Assembly: GCF_963921235.1 (NCBI RefSeq) | Contig: NC_086097.1 | Location: 150,166,001 to 150,230,000, forward strand | Direction: 5' to 3' | DNA from: Mobula hypostoma | Lineage: Eukaryota | Length of the DNA stretch: 64,000 bases | Shown: one piece after another, positions 24,721-37,376 of the stretch | How positions within the stretch are numbered: position 1 is the stretch's first letter | Layout: each line of letters starts with the position of its first letter | The notes under the pieces: model-generated | What the model saw: only the letters and a program-made list of their open reading frames with translations | Database searches by the model: none | Told to the model about the DNA's origin: nothing | Program-made: the position numbers and the translations under genes

Positions 24721-26869
24721 TACCTGGTATTACTCTTGCCCTTGGGAAGATCTGCTGATCAGATGATGCACCCTGGGCAATGACGTGCTACATTCATCCC
24801 CTGAACTCTGCTTGTGGCTGAGGCTGGAGGAAACATTAAAGGGTGGAACATGCCTGTTATGCTGTAACTAAATGGCATCCCATAATCATTATTAGTGTTT
24901 TTGTGTGAATGATGATCACACTGGGACTGGAGGACATCTATTGACCAATGATACACGTAACTGAAGCCTAGCAATACTATAGCATACAGATCAATATTGG
25001 AAGGATAATTCATTTGACTGGATTAAAGCGCTGATGCTACCCTTGGAAAATGAGTGTCAATTCTTATTGGCATCAGTAGATGTGAGGGTCAAATTACTCT
25101 GTGACAGATGGGCACAGAACTTAAGTTTTTGCTTGTGGAAAACTTGCTTAAAAATACATCAGCACTATACTATGCTGGTTTCCTGTTCACTCAGCTGTGA
25201 TCTGAAGGCAATTTTCAGTCAAGAGCCAACACCCAAAATCCCATGATTTCCTTGAATACACTTGTTCTCCCATTAGTACAAAAATAACCTCAATCTCTTT
25301 CAATTTAAGATCAAATCAACACAAAACTAAAGAGATTATCTCCCTCTCACCTTAAGGGAATACAAGCTAAGTTTCTGCAACTTTTTGCATTTCTGTTTGC
25401 AACTTCTATGCATGACATTTAGTATTCTGGTAAATTCACTAAGACTCTTTAAGGTGTTGTTTACAACTAATACAATGCTACTCAAGGATTTTCCTTGAAT
25501 CTGAAGCAATGGGGCCAGGAACACTATGGAACTTGCACGTTTCTCTGTCTGGGTAGGTTTCTTCTGAGTATGCTCTAATTTTTGTTTTCCCCAACCCTCA
25601 CTCAGCCCCATGTATCAAGTACCTACCTACTAGTTGGTAGGATAATGACAGTATGTAAAGGGGAGAGGAGATTGGATTGGTGCTGGATATATGAAAGGAA
25701 AAGTAGAATTGGTTTGGAATTGGGAGAACAGGATTACTCAAAGTTGGCATTGACTTATCCAAATAATTGTCTGTCATAAGAAATACGAATATAAACTTTA
25801 TAGCAGGAATACTGCATGTTTGACATCCAAATCAAAAGCTGGGTACAGGAATCACGAAGGGAGGTGTGCAAAGATTGCATTAAGATCACAGGTGTTTTAA
25901 GTTGCAAATGTAGGGGGAGGAGGGAAAAGGGAAATGTATATATGTGGTAAACAAAATTTATCAAGAGAACATTTAATTTTGTTTTAAATGGCTGTTAAGA
26001 GAATAGAGATAGAAGAGAAAAAATTGAAATCAAAAGGAGCCATGTCTGTGGAGAGGCACAAAAGGGTAGTTACTTGAGATGTTGAGTGTTGTAATAATCA
26101 CAGATAAGAGATGGAAGCTGTTCCTCGAAGTTTTGTTAGGTGTCCTAAGGGAAGTAAAGATGGAGAGATCAAAGTGGGAATAGATTTAGAGAATTAAAGT
26201 AAGTGGCTGGAAGCTTAGTCACTAGTCACCAATGCAAACTGAACTGAAGATGTTTAGCAAAGCAGTTGGCCAATCTGTTTGGTCCTTCCATGTAATGGGA
26301 ACCACATTGAACATCAGCCTCAAAGCATTATATTGAAAGTGCAAATGAATGTTTGCTTCATTCTAGAAGGGCTGTTTCTGCCTCTGTGTGGTGTCTGATT
26401 TCCAATTTGGATTTCTCACACTATTACTACTTTTGTGTGAAACTGAAAGGTTGCTCATGAGAAATTCTCAATAACAGTGTAATATATTTAATAATTCATG
26501 TTTACACTTGGGTTTTTATTAATAAATGCTGTTGGTTTGGATGCTACAACCCAATAAAGGTAAATGCATTAAAATTGATATAATTTGTATTTATTTCAAT
26601 CTGACCAACCAAGTTACTGATCTGTGTAGTCTGTTCCCAGTTCTTCATGGATGTATGTATCAGTGGCCTCAATATGATATAACAGACGAATTCAGTCCAT
26701 TAGAATTGGCATATAGGTTAGATGTAAATCCAACTTTAAATGCAGCAACTTTTTGAGAAAGTAGAGAAAATTTGTCCGAGCTGTAATATTGGGTGTCAAA
26801 GCGATCGATGTAGCACAAAAACAGACAATTTGGTAAATAAAGAATTGAAATGGGATTAGTGAAAATGAG

Positions 26870-27700
26870 TATACTGTTTATATGATCATTTGCCTTTTGA
26901 TTCTTGTTACCAAAGTGCATGAGTTCATATTTGCCCACATTTGACTTCATTTGCCATGATTTTTGCCCAGTCATTTAATCTATCTATATCCTGTTGCAGA
27001 TTCACCAAGTCCTTCCATATATTTTCATATCACTGAAAAACTTCAAAACCTTTCATTTTGTTTCCTCTTTCTAGTTTTTAGTGTAAATAGGAAAGAGTTG
27101 GGCAAGAACAACCCCTGGGGTAGGGTACCCCACTAGTTAGAAACCTTCCAGCCTGAAAATTACCCATTATTCCAGCTCCTATTTTCTATGAGAGAGCTAA
27201 TTTCCACTTCAATACATTTAGGCATTAATTCAAGAGGCAACCTCTGTCACACCCTGTCAAATGTCTTTTGGAAATCCAACTACATTATGTCTCCCCACTC
27301 TCAAATCTTCCTAACAAACATATGTGAAACATGATTTATCTTTCACAAAACCATGTTGACTAGGTTTATATGCAGCTCTCCTTAATGACTAATTATTCAT
27401 TCTTGGATCAATGTGACTGACACATTGCCAACAATTAACATTAAATTTAGCTGACCTTGGCTTCTTTTTGAAGTAGAGAGTCACTCTGGCTGTTTCCCAA
27501 TCTTTTGGCATCCACCTGGAATCTCATCTATAGTTTGCAACCACTCTTTAAACTCCTTGTGTATAGGCTATCATCCTAATGATTTATCTGCCTTTAGCCC
27601 CAATGAGTTTCTCTAATACTGTATACCTTGCAATTACGATTTTTACAAGTGCGCCACTGTTATTTTAAATTTGCCCATCTGTTATCTTAAGGAAATCTGC
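26870..27700 (-). mobile_element. Highly decayed CR1 fragment
   Basis: WQMKSNVGKYELMHFGNKNQKA and remnants of the LDFQK(A)FD motif. Confidence 0.65.
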
Positions 27701-28064
27701 AGTCTCCAACATTGTGAAAACTTAATTTAACGATTGACTTATCAAATCTGCCTTTTTTTTTCTTAGTTAATAATTCTTAAGCCTTGACATCATCAGAGAA
27801 CATTATAGTGGGTGGTGCTCCAAAATAAGTTTGAGGAATTTGGAAGAGAGCCATTTCAGGAAACTCTTTTCACTCAAAGCGATAGTGGAGATGAGGAACT
27901 TTCACCTCCTAGAAGCTGTTAAATCAACTGAAACTTTCTAAACTGAGACCTTGGGCAGTGACTTCCAATAGCAAATTCATTATATGCAGATGACAATTCA
28001 GACAAGTCTACAGAATCAGGAAATATTGAATACTGAACTGAAGCCCAGGAACAGCATTCTAACA

Positions 28065-29320
28065 TCAGACCACACTTGGAGTACTGTCAACAATTTTAGG
28101 CCCCATATCTCAGAATGAATGTTTTGTCATAGGAGAGAGTCCAGAAGAGGTTCACGAGGATCATTCTGGGAATGAAGGGGTTAATATATGAGGAGTGTTT
28201 GGCAGCTTTAGGGCTGTACTCACTGGAATTTAGAAGAATGCGTGGGGATCTCACTGAAACCTACTGAATGCTGAAAGAACTAGATAAGGTGGATGTGGGG
28301 AGAATGTTACCTATGGACAGGGTAGCCAGAACTAGAGGGCACAGCCTCAAAACTGAGGAGCAAACATTTAGAAAGCAGGTAATGAGGAATTTTTTTTAGC
28401 CAGAGAGTGAATTTGTGTGTAAGGGGTTTCTTCTTTTATGTTACTACGTAGGCTAATCAAAATGGCTTCTTTGTTATGTTAACTGCTGAGAAAGTTCTCT
28501 CTCTAGCAGCTTGTTTGGGTTATAAAGAGAATTGTATTCATTTGCTAACCAATTGGGATAGATGTTATTCTTTCTTGTGTGTCTGTAAGCTATTGTGTTG
28601 AGCGGGCTTTGGCGGAGAAGGTGTGATGGGGACAGAGGGAGAAGACGCGATGCTGTAAGATGGCCAACGGGACGGACCCCAAGCGGGAGTCCGAGGCCCA
28701 GGGTCTTCAGCGAGGAGAGGAGACGAAGACAGATTCGTGTGGAGCATCTGGTCGACCACCGTGGTTGGTCCCAGGTGGCGGGTTGAGGTGGTCGGAGGGG
28801 ATCGAATGGTGGAAAGAGGACCCCGTTAATTGAGCTCCAACTGTTGTGCATGAAGTGGTTGAACTCTGATAAGTTTGGTGCCTTTTACTTTCTGTTTATA
28901 TTGTATCTCTATTAATTACATAGTTCCAGTAATATCTATAAATTGTAATCATTTAATCGCATATGGTGTATTGTCTTATCTGGCGGGGTGGGGTACATCA
29001 CACAGCATCCACACAAACTTGATTACCCAGTTTGGTGGGGCCGAAGCCTGCTTCCCCTAGACAAAAGCGAGTTGAGCGAGCCTGAGGCTTACCAGGGGGC
29101 TACATGTGGAATACTCTGCCACAGACTGCGGTGGAGGCCAAGTCCGTGGGTATACTTAAGGCAGAAGTTGATCGTTTCCTGATTGGTCAGGGCATCAAAG
29201 GATATAGCGAGATGGCAGATATATGGGATTGAGGTGGGATCTGGGATCAGCCGTGATGGAATGGCGGAGCAGACTTGATGGGCTGAATGACCTAATTCTG
29301 GTCCTATGTCTTATGGTTTT
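28065..29320 (+). mobile_element. CR1 3' fragment split by a solo LTR
   Basis: RPHLEYC..LEFRRMRGDL; the sequence resumes after 29104 and ends in a CTTATGG-type tail. Confidence 0.88.
28418..29104. mobile_element. Solo LTR (687 bp), Gypsy-type
   Basis: TGTAAGGGG...GGGGCTACA; 4-bp TSD TGTG at 28414-28417 and 29105-29108, inside CR1. Confidence 0.85.
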
Positions 29321-29329
29321 AAGGTCCTC

Positions 29330-30790
29330 ACCTTGTCACTTGTAAGGATGTAATTCCCTTTCCTCAATCGTCTGTCTCCACTGTATCTGATCTCATGATG
29401 AGGTTGTTCACTCCAGGACATCTAAAATGTCCTTTTCATTTCAGAAAGTAGGATTTCTCCCTCACTGATATCAACAGAACTCTCACCTGCAGCTCTTCTA
29501 CTTCCTGCAGGACAGGGATAGGTTTTGTCTTACCTAGTCCTTGCCTACCAGCTCACAAGTCTATGTATGCATCAAATTATGTATGCGGATTATCGGCACC
29601 CATTGAGAACATCTACCGTAAACGCTGCCTGGGCAGGGCGAACACCGTTATCAGGGATGCATCTCACCCTAACCATGGACTTTTTACCCTCTTCACATTC
29701 GGTAGGCGCTACAGGAGCCTCCGCTCCTGCATCAGCAGGCACAGGAAGAGCTTCTTCCCTGAGGCTGTGATCCTGCTGTACCTCACATCACAGCGATAAG
29801 CAGTATTGCATCTATATTGTACTATCTCAGTACTTTTATATTTGTGTGCTGTAGCACTTTTTTTCTTTGTAGTTATTTTGTAAATAACAATATTCTTTGC
29901 ATTTCTGGTCAGATGCTAAATGCATTTCATTGGCTTTGTATCTGTACTTGGCACAATGACAATAAAGTTGAATCTAATCTCATCTAATCTAATCTAAACC
30001 TCCGCTCTCTCCAACAGCATTTCATCATCAGGCACAACAGGATCATTGTCTCCACAACTCCCTTGTCCACTCCTCCCTTGCCACCGGTCCCACTCCAGGT
30101 ACTTATCCCTGCAACCATGCTAAGTGTTACGCATGCCTCCACCACCACCTCCCTCTTTAGCATTCAGAGTCCTAAACAGCCCTTCACATTGGTGTCATTT
30201 GTTGCCTCCAGTGATTCTGGTGTGGCCTCCTTCATCGGTGAGATCTGACGCAGAATAGGGTAGTGCTTTGTTGAGCACCTTTGCTCTACCTGCTGTACTA
30301 GCCTGGATCTCTCAATGGTCAGCCATGTTAATTCCATTCCCACACCTACATGTGTGTCGATGCCTTTTTCTGCTGCTAAATTGAGGCAGGATACAGATTA
30401 AAAGAACAGCACTTCATATTCTATCTTGCTGTGCTCTTACGCCATGAACAACACTTTCTCCAGTAACCACTCTCCTTTCTCTCTTTCTTCTTTTACTTAT
30501 TCCAATTATCCCTGTAACTTTTTCCCATTCTCAATCTCCCCATTCTTCCCACTGGATCCCTTCACCACCTCCTCCCTTTATTCCACGGTCCAACTTCCTC
30601 TCCTGTCAGATTCCATCTTCAGTCCTTTGTCACTTCCACCTATCTCTGCCCCAGCTTCTTACGTTATTCCCACTTCTCCTCCCCCCAACTATCACCCCCT
30701 CACCTGAATCCACCGATTACCTCCCCTCACCATTTTATACTGACTATATCCCCTCTCTGTTCATTTCCCACCATAAATGCTGCCTGACCC
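29330..30790 (+). mobile_element. Old PLE remnant with nested Rex1-type 3' fragment (~29575-29997)
   Basis: Decayed match to PLE 7000-7800. The nested piece reads IYRKRCLGRANTVIRDASHPNHGLF..SFFPEAV with a (AATCT)n tail. Confidence 0.7.
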
Positions 30791-31082
30791 CCCTGGTTTA
30801 TATGATGTGTTATTTTGCGATATAAAGGGGAAAAAAGTGGATTGTTATTTAAATCTGTCGGTGACAGAGCTCAAAGTAAATTTTTTAAATACATATATGT
30901 CACCGTATACAACCCTGTGATTCATTTTCTTGTGGGCATACTCAATAAATTCAATAACCATAATACAAGCAATGAAACACCGCACCAACTAGGTGGACGA
31001 CCAGTGTGCAAAAGACAATGTATTGTGCAAATACAAAAAGAAAGAAAAAATAATAACAATAATAAATATGCAATAAATATCA

Positions 31083-31600
31083 AGAGGTTTCTGTTGTGGC
31101 ACCACTCAGCCAGATTTTCAATCTCCCTCCTATATGCTGATTTGTCACCACCTTTGATTCTGCCAATGACGGTGGTGTTGTCAGCAAACCTGAATATAGC
31201 ATTGGAGCTGTTCTTAGCCACACAGCCGTAAGTGTAAAGTGAGTAGAGTAGAGGGCAGAGCACACAGCCTTCTGGTGCAGCTGTGCTGATGGGAGATTGT
31301 GGAGGAGATATTGTTGCCAATCAGAACTAACTGGGGCCTGTAAGAAAGGAAATCGAGGATCCAATTACGTAAGGAGGTGTTGAATCTAGATCATGAAGTT
31401 TATTGATCAGTCTTGAGGGGGGGCCGAGCTGAAGTTGATAAACAGCATCCTGATGTTTGCGCCTTTGCTGTCCAGATGTTCCAGGGTTGAGTGAAGAGCC
31501 GGTGAGTGGCATCTGCCGTGGTCCTGTTGTGCCATGTAGGCAAATTGGAGCAGGTCCAAGTCGCATCTCAGGCAGCAGTTGATCTGTTTCATCAACAGCC
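31083..31600 (-). mobile_element. Rex1-type RT fragment
   Basis: [43 protein letters not shown]. Confidence 0.8.
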
Positions 31601-32689
31601 ATGTGAAAATAGTGTGGCCTGATAATAGATGTTGCCTTCTTTAGACAATAAATACCTACTCACGGTTTGCAGCTGACACAGGCAAAACATGGTCCCTGCC
31701 CTACTTTATGACTGTGTAATCCCCTAAACGAGCCGAGTCTGCTGTACTCCCAGTGTTCAGCTTTAAATCAGTATGTCATTGTTGAACTAAACTCTTAGTA
31801 ACTGTTCTTTTATCTAGAGATTTACTCTCTAATCCCATCAAAAGATTCTATAAATCACATTGCTGCCTCAGTTTTCTGGTCCAAAGGGCATTCATCAGCT
31901 GAAGGTATTCAAACAAAAATACTGAGATTCCTTTTATTGGAGTTGCGTGTCTTTGCTGGTTTAGAATGACTGCCACATTTAGTCATATGAGAACTTCCGG
32001 TAATTATCTCGCCTCGACCCCTCTCCTTCACCATTCCCCATTCCTGTTTCCCTATCTCCTTACCTGCCCATCACCTCCCTCGAGTGTTCCTCTTCCTTCC
32101 CTTTCTTCTATGGTCTCCAGACTGTAAGACAGGAACAGAATTAGGCCATTCAGCCCATTGAATATGGGGTATTTGACATGGATAACGTCCTACTAGAGGG
32201 AGAACAGGCAGCATGTAATGGTGGAAGTATCAATGGAGATTGAGCAGATATTATGTAGCAACACCTCATATACTGTCTGGGTAGTCTCCGGCCCCTTGGT
32301 ATGAACATAGAATTCTCCAACTTCCAGTAATTCCCTCCCTCTCCCTTCCTCTATCCCTATGTCACTCTGCCCCCTCCCCCGGCTGCCTATCACCTCCCTC
32401 ATGGTTCCGCCTCCTTCTACTACCGATTGTGTTTTCCCCGATTCCTTCTTCACCTTTCCTGCCTATCACCTCCCTGCCTCCCCTCCGCCACCCCTTTATC
32501 TTTCCCCTTACTGGTTTTTCACCTGGAACCTACCAGCCTTCTCCTTCCCACCCTCCCCCCACTTTCTTTATATGGCCTCTGCCCCTTCCCTCTTCAGTTA
32601 AAGGGTTCCAGCCCGAAATGTTGACTGATCGTTTCCACGGATGCTGCCCGACCTGCTGAGTTCCTCCAGCATGTTGTGAGTGTTATTAT

Positions 32690-32944
32690 GGAGCATAGTC
32701 GTTAGCACAATGCTTTACAGCACAGGTGACTTGGGTTCGATTCTTGCCACTGTAAGGAGTTTGTACATTCTCCCCCTTGACCGTGTAGGTCTCCCGCAGT
32801 CCAAAGACATACCAGTCAGTAGGTTAATTGGTCATTATAAATTATCTCGTGATTAGGCTAGGACTAATTTGGGGGATTGCTGGGCAGTGTGGCTCGAAGT
32901 GCCAGAAAGACCTACTCTACACTGTGTCTCAATAAAATAAAATA
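32690..32944 (+). mobile_element. HE1/V-SINE-like tRNA-derived SINE
   Basis: B box GGTTCGATTC; core TCCAAAGAC..GTAGGTTAATTGGTCATT; CR1-like 3' end with (AATAA)n tail. Confidence 0.8.
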
Positions 32945-33155
32945 CCCATAGTTTGTAGTATCCACTGTCAATAGATTGTGAATATATTGCCTATTTCTGG
33001 GGAATGTGAGAATTTGATTGTGCAGATATTATTTGTATATGAAGCTGTGTAGGATTTTCCTATCATACGGAAGCAGAGATAAAAAATAAAATTTTCTAGA
33101 GAGAAAGTAAGAATGGACTAGGGGTTGGACATTATGTCAACATCATGTAGGGATT

Positions 33156-33357
33156 GCCAGTTGGTGGTGTAGTGGCATCCACGTCGGACTTCAAAGCAAA
33201 TGGTGCAGGGTTCAAATCCTCACACGCTTCACATCCATGCTGTGTTGAGCATTAAGCTAGCAACTCAACCTCGTAAAAACAAAACAGAAAAGTGCTAAAG
33301 AAGTGGCAAAGATAGCTGCCTGATGTGCCACAAGGTGCGGAAAGGAACAACAACAAT
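33156..33357 (+). mobile_element. tRNA-derived SINE with (CAA)n tail
   Basis: A box TGGTGTAGTGG at 33165-33175, B box GGTTCAAATCC at 33209-33219, ends AACAACAACAA. Confidence 0.75.
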
Positions 33358-34860
33358 GTAGGACATTGTGTAAACTTTAGAATTTTGCCCAAATTAACAA
33401 CTGGGCCTTGTTTGTTTTTCCTCTCTTTTTCCGTTACAAAGGCAGAATCCCCAAAAGTCAGCCCACAGGCTGTGTAGTTAGTTCAGTGCTGAGGCAAGTG
33501 GAGCCATCCATGCCAGTCCAGGAACTTAATGTTCCTGAATCTAGTGGCACAACTCCTAGCCTCCTGCACCTTCGCTCGGGATCAGTAAAGTATATCTATC
33601 TATCTATCTTCCACCCGATGTAGAACTCATAACTGATATTCCTAATAATGATTTTTGACCATTTGATTTCTCATACCAACAAAAAGCTCTTAAACTGTTT
33701 AACTCAGCTCCAATGAATTAAACAAACTCTTGCTTAGCTGAAAAAAGGAATTGAACTGCTGCTGGGTGGATGGAGCCGGTGGCCAAAGCTCGATTAACAT
33801 GTCTGAGCGCTCTCCATCCTCTTCTTTCCCTGATGATCTCTGCAAACAAAAGGGCCTACCTACTGAGTGTGAACACAGACTGAGCAGCTGCTGATGTTCA
33901 TACATTTTTACTATATGGGAGCTAAACTGATGCAGAATTAGTGGGGTGGGGAAAAATACATTTTACACATAGTGTTGCAACATCCTTCTCCCAGAGTTTC
34001 TCAGTTTTGTTAACCAACATTAATAATTTTTTATTTGTTTAAAAATAAATTCTAGCTTCAAAAATACTGTATATCAGTTAGAGGGAAGTTGATTTGTAAT
34101 TAAGTAGTTGCTAAAATGTTCAACCACCTTTGTTAATCTGAGGGAGACACTGGCATCCTTGTAGCTCTTATTTAAATAAGGCAGGCCCATGGAATTCACT
34201 CAGGTCAAGCTGGTTAACTCGCAGAGAATAGCTGAATGAACTTCCGTTGTGTTACCTCAAACCTCTAAAATGAAGGAGTGACCTCACTAAGAAGTTTAAA
34301 ATGTTTTAAATTGATAGAGTAGAGAAAGACAAACTGTTTCCCGGTACATGGAAATTAAGATTACAAGTCTCAGTCACCTACAGTACATCAGACTATTGTT
34401 TACTGACCACAGCTCTGCCTTCACCACTTATTACTTAAAGAAAGCTCATCACCAAACTCTGGACCTCAGAGTCAAGGCCTCCCTCTGCAACTGAATCACT
34501 GATTTCATGACCTACTGTCCACAATCAGAAAGGATAGGCAGCAACGACTGTGCCATGATTATTGTAAGCACTGGTGCTCCACACTGTAGTTCCTCATCTC
34601 CCTACTCTAATTCCTGTAGCTCTCTACGGTCGATGGTGTGCCTTCTACATGATTGTATTACTATGTTGGGCCCAGATAGATTATGAAATGTTGACACCCA
34701 GGATCTTGGAAGCTGCTCACCCTTTCCAATGCTGACCCTTGATAAGTGGTGTGTGTTCCTTCAATGTTACCTTTCTGAAGTCCACAATCAGTTCCTTGGT
34801 CTCACTGATGTTAAGTGCAAGTTCGTTGTTGTGACACGACACAACCAGGTGATCTATCAG

Positions 34861-36592
34861 ATGAATTTCATAAGAACTTTGCATCAGTCTTCACTGTGGA
34901 AGACATTAGCAGTGTGCCAGAGGTCCGTGAGTGTCAGGGAGCAGGAGTAAGTGCCATTGGAAAAGGAAAGTGCCAAAGGAAAAATGCTAGGCAAACTCAA
35001 CGATCTTAAGGTGGATAAGTCACCTGGACCAGATGGATTACATCCCAGGGCTCTGAAGGTGGTGGCTGAAGAGATAGTAGATGCAATGGTCATGATCATT
35101 CATGAATCTCTTGATTCTGACATGGTCCTGGAGGACTGTAAGATTATGTCACTCCACTCTTTAAGAAGAGAAGAAGGTGAAAGAAAGGAAATTATAGGCC
35201 AGTTAGCCTAATCTCAGTGGACTGGAAAGTGTTGGAGTCCATTATTAAGGACAAGGTTTCAGGGTACTTGGAGACTAATGATAATAAGTCAAAGTCAGCA
35301 TGGTTTCTGTAAAGGGAAATCTTGCCTGACAAATCTGTTATTGTTCTTCGAGGAAGGAACAAGCGGGTGGACAAAGGAGAGGCAGTGGATGTCATTTACT
35401 TGGATTTTTAGAAGGCATTTGATAAGGTGCCACACATGAGGCTGCTTAACAAGATAAAATCCCCTGGTATTACAGGAAAGATACTGGCATGGCTGACAGG
35501 CAGGAAGCAGTGAGTGGGAATAAATGTAGCCTTTTCTGGTTGGCTGCCAGTGACTAGTGGTGTTGTTCAGGGGTCACTATTGGGACCACTACTTTTCACA
35601 TTGTTTGTCAATGATTTAGATAATGGAATTGTTGGCTTTGTGGACAAAATTAGCAAATGAGATGAAGCTAGATGGAGGGGTAGGTAGTGCTGAGGAAGCA
35701 ATACGATTGCAGAAGGACTTAGACAAATTGGGAGAATGGGCAAAAAAGTAGCAAATGGAATACAGTATTGGAAAATGTATGATAATGCATTTGGGTAAAA
35801 GGAACAAAACTGCAAAGTATCATCTAAATGGGGATAAAGTTCAAACATCTGAGATGCAAAGGGACGTAGGAGTACTTGTGCAAGGCTCCCAGTAGGTTAG
35901 TTTACAGGTTGAGTCTGTGGTATAGAAGCAAATGCAACGTTGGCATTCAGTTCAAGGAGAATAGAATATAAAACCAAGGAGATAATGCTGAGGCTTTATA
36001 AGACACTAGTCAGGCTGCACTTGGAGAATTGTCAACAGATTTGGGCCCTATATTTCAGAAAGGATGTGCTGTCATCGGAGAGAGTCCAGGGGAGGTTCAT
36101 GAGGATGATTCTTGGAATGAAGGGGTTGATTCTCAGAATGAAGGGGTTAACATATGAGTAGCATTTGACAGCTTTGTGCCTGTACTCACTGGAATTTAGA
36201 AGAATGTGTGGGGATCTCATTGAAACCTACTGAATGCTGAAAGAACTAGATAAGATGGATGTGGAGAGGATGTTTCCTATGGTGGGGCTGTCCAGAACTA
36301 GAGGGCACAGCCTAAAAATTGAGGGACGACCCTTTAGAACAGAGATAAGGAGGATTGTTTTAGCCAGTGCTTAGTGAATCTGTGGAATGATCTGCCGTAG
36401 ACAACAGTGTAGGCCATGACGGTTGGTATATTCAAAGTGAAAACTGATAGTTTCCTGATTGGTCAGGGCATCAAAGGTTATGGTGAGAAGGCAGGTGTAT
36501 GGGGTTGAGTGGGATATAGGATCAGCCATGATGGAATGGCAGAGCAGACTTCATGGGCTGATGGGCTTATTCTGCTCCTATGTTTTATGTCT
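34861..36592 (+). mobile_element. CR1 LINE (RT region to 3' end), flanked by Rex1-type remnants (~34375-34860 and ~36595-37376)
   Basis: LKVDKSPGPDGLHPRALK, KSCLTNL, LYKTLVRLHLE; tail near 36590. Confidence 0.9.
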
Positions 36593-37376
36593 AAATCTCA
36601 CTCCTGTAAGCCTCTTGATCACCCTCTGATATTCTGCCAACAATAATTGTGTCATTGGTCAATTAATAGATAGCATTGAGCAGTGCCTAGCCACATATTC
36701 ATGAGTGTAGAGAGAGAGGACAGCAATGGGTTAAGCATGCATCCTTCAGGTGTGCCTGTGTTGATTCTCAGTGAGGTGGAGATACTAACTCCATCCTGAC
36801 GAGGAGGTCAAAGAATTTAGTTGCAGGGGAGACACAGAGGCTTATGCTTTGAAGCTTGTTGATTAGTACTAAGGGATGCTGAGTTCAACATTGAGCTGCA
36901 ATCAACAAACAGCTGCCTGAGATAGGTAAACAACAGCAGTGTTTACAACAATCATGGCACAGTCATTGCTACCTATCCTTTCTGATTGTGGACTGTTGGT
37001 TATGAAATCAAAGATTCAACTGCAGAAGATGGAGCGCCTAGTAACATGATGTCATGACAACAACCTTTCTCTCAATGTCAACAAAATAAAAGAGCTGGTT
37101 ATTGACTACATGAAGGATGGGTCATGAACATGCTTTTGTCCACATCAATGATGTTGAGATTGAGAAGGTTGAAAGCTTTAGATTCCTACAGCGATCATCA
37201 CCAATAGCCTGTCTTTGTCTGATCACATTGATGCCATTATCAAGAATGCTCACCAACACATCTCTTTCCTCTGGAGGCTAAAAAATTATGCATGTCTCCA
37301 CTAAAAATTACCAGTTTTGATTGACACACCACAGAAAGCAACTTCTCGAGACACATAATAGCTTGGTATGGCAACT

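Noticed and set aside
33156..33225. Possible tRNA gene (also 22520-22593)
   Set aside because: A and B boxes are present, but there is no convincing cloverleaf or poly-T terminator and the sequence continues into a SINE body and tail.
36108..36150. Short tandem duplication GAATGAAGGGGTT (and AAATGCAGTC repeats near 51011)
   Set aside because: Local slippage within repeats; no sign of function.
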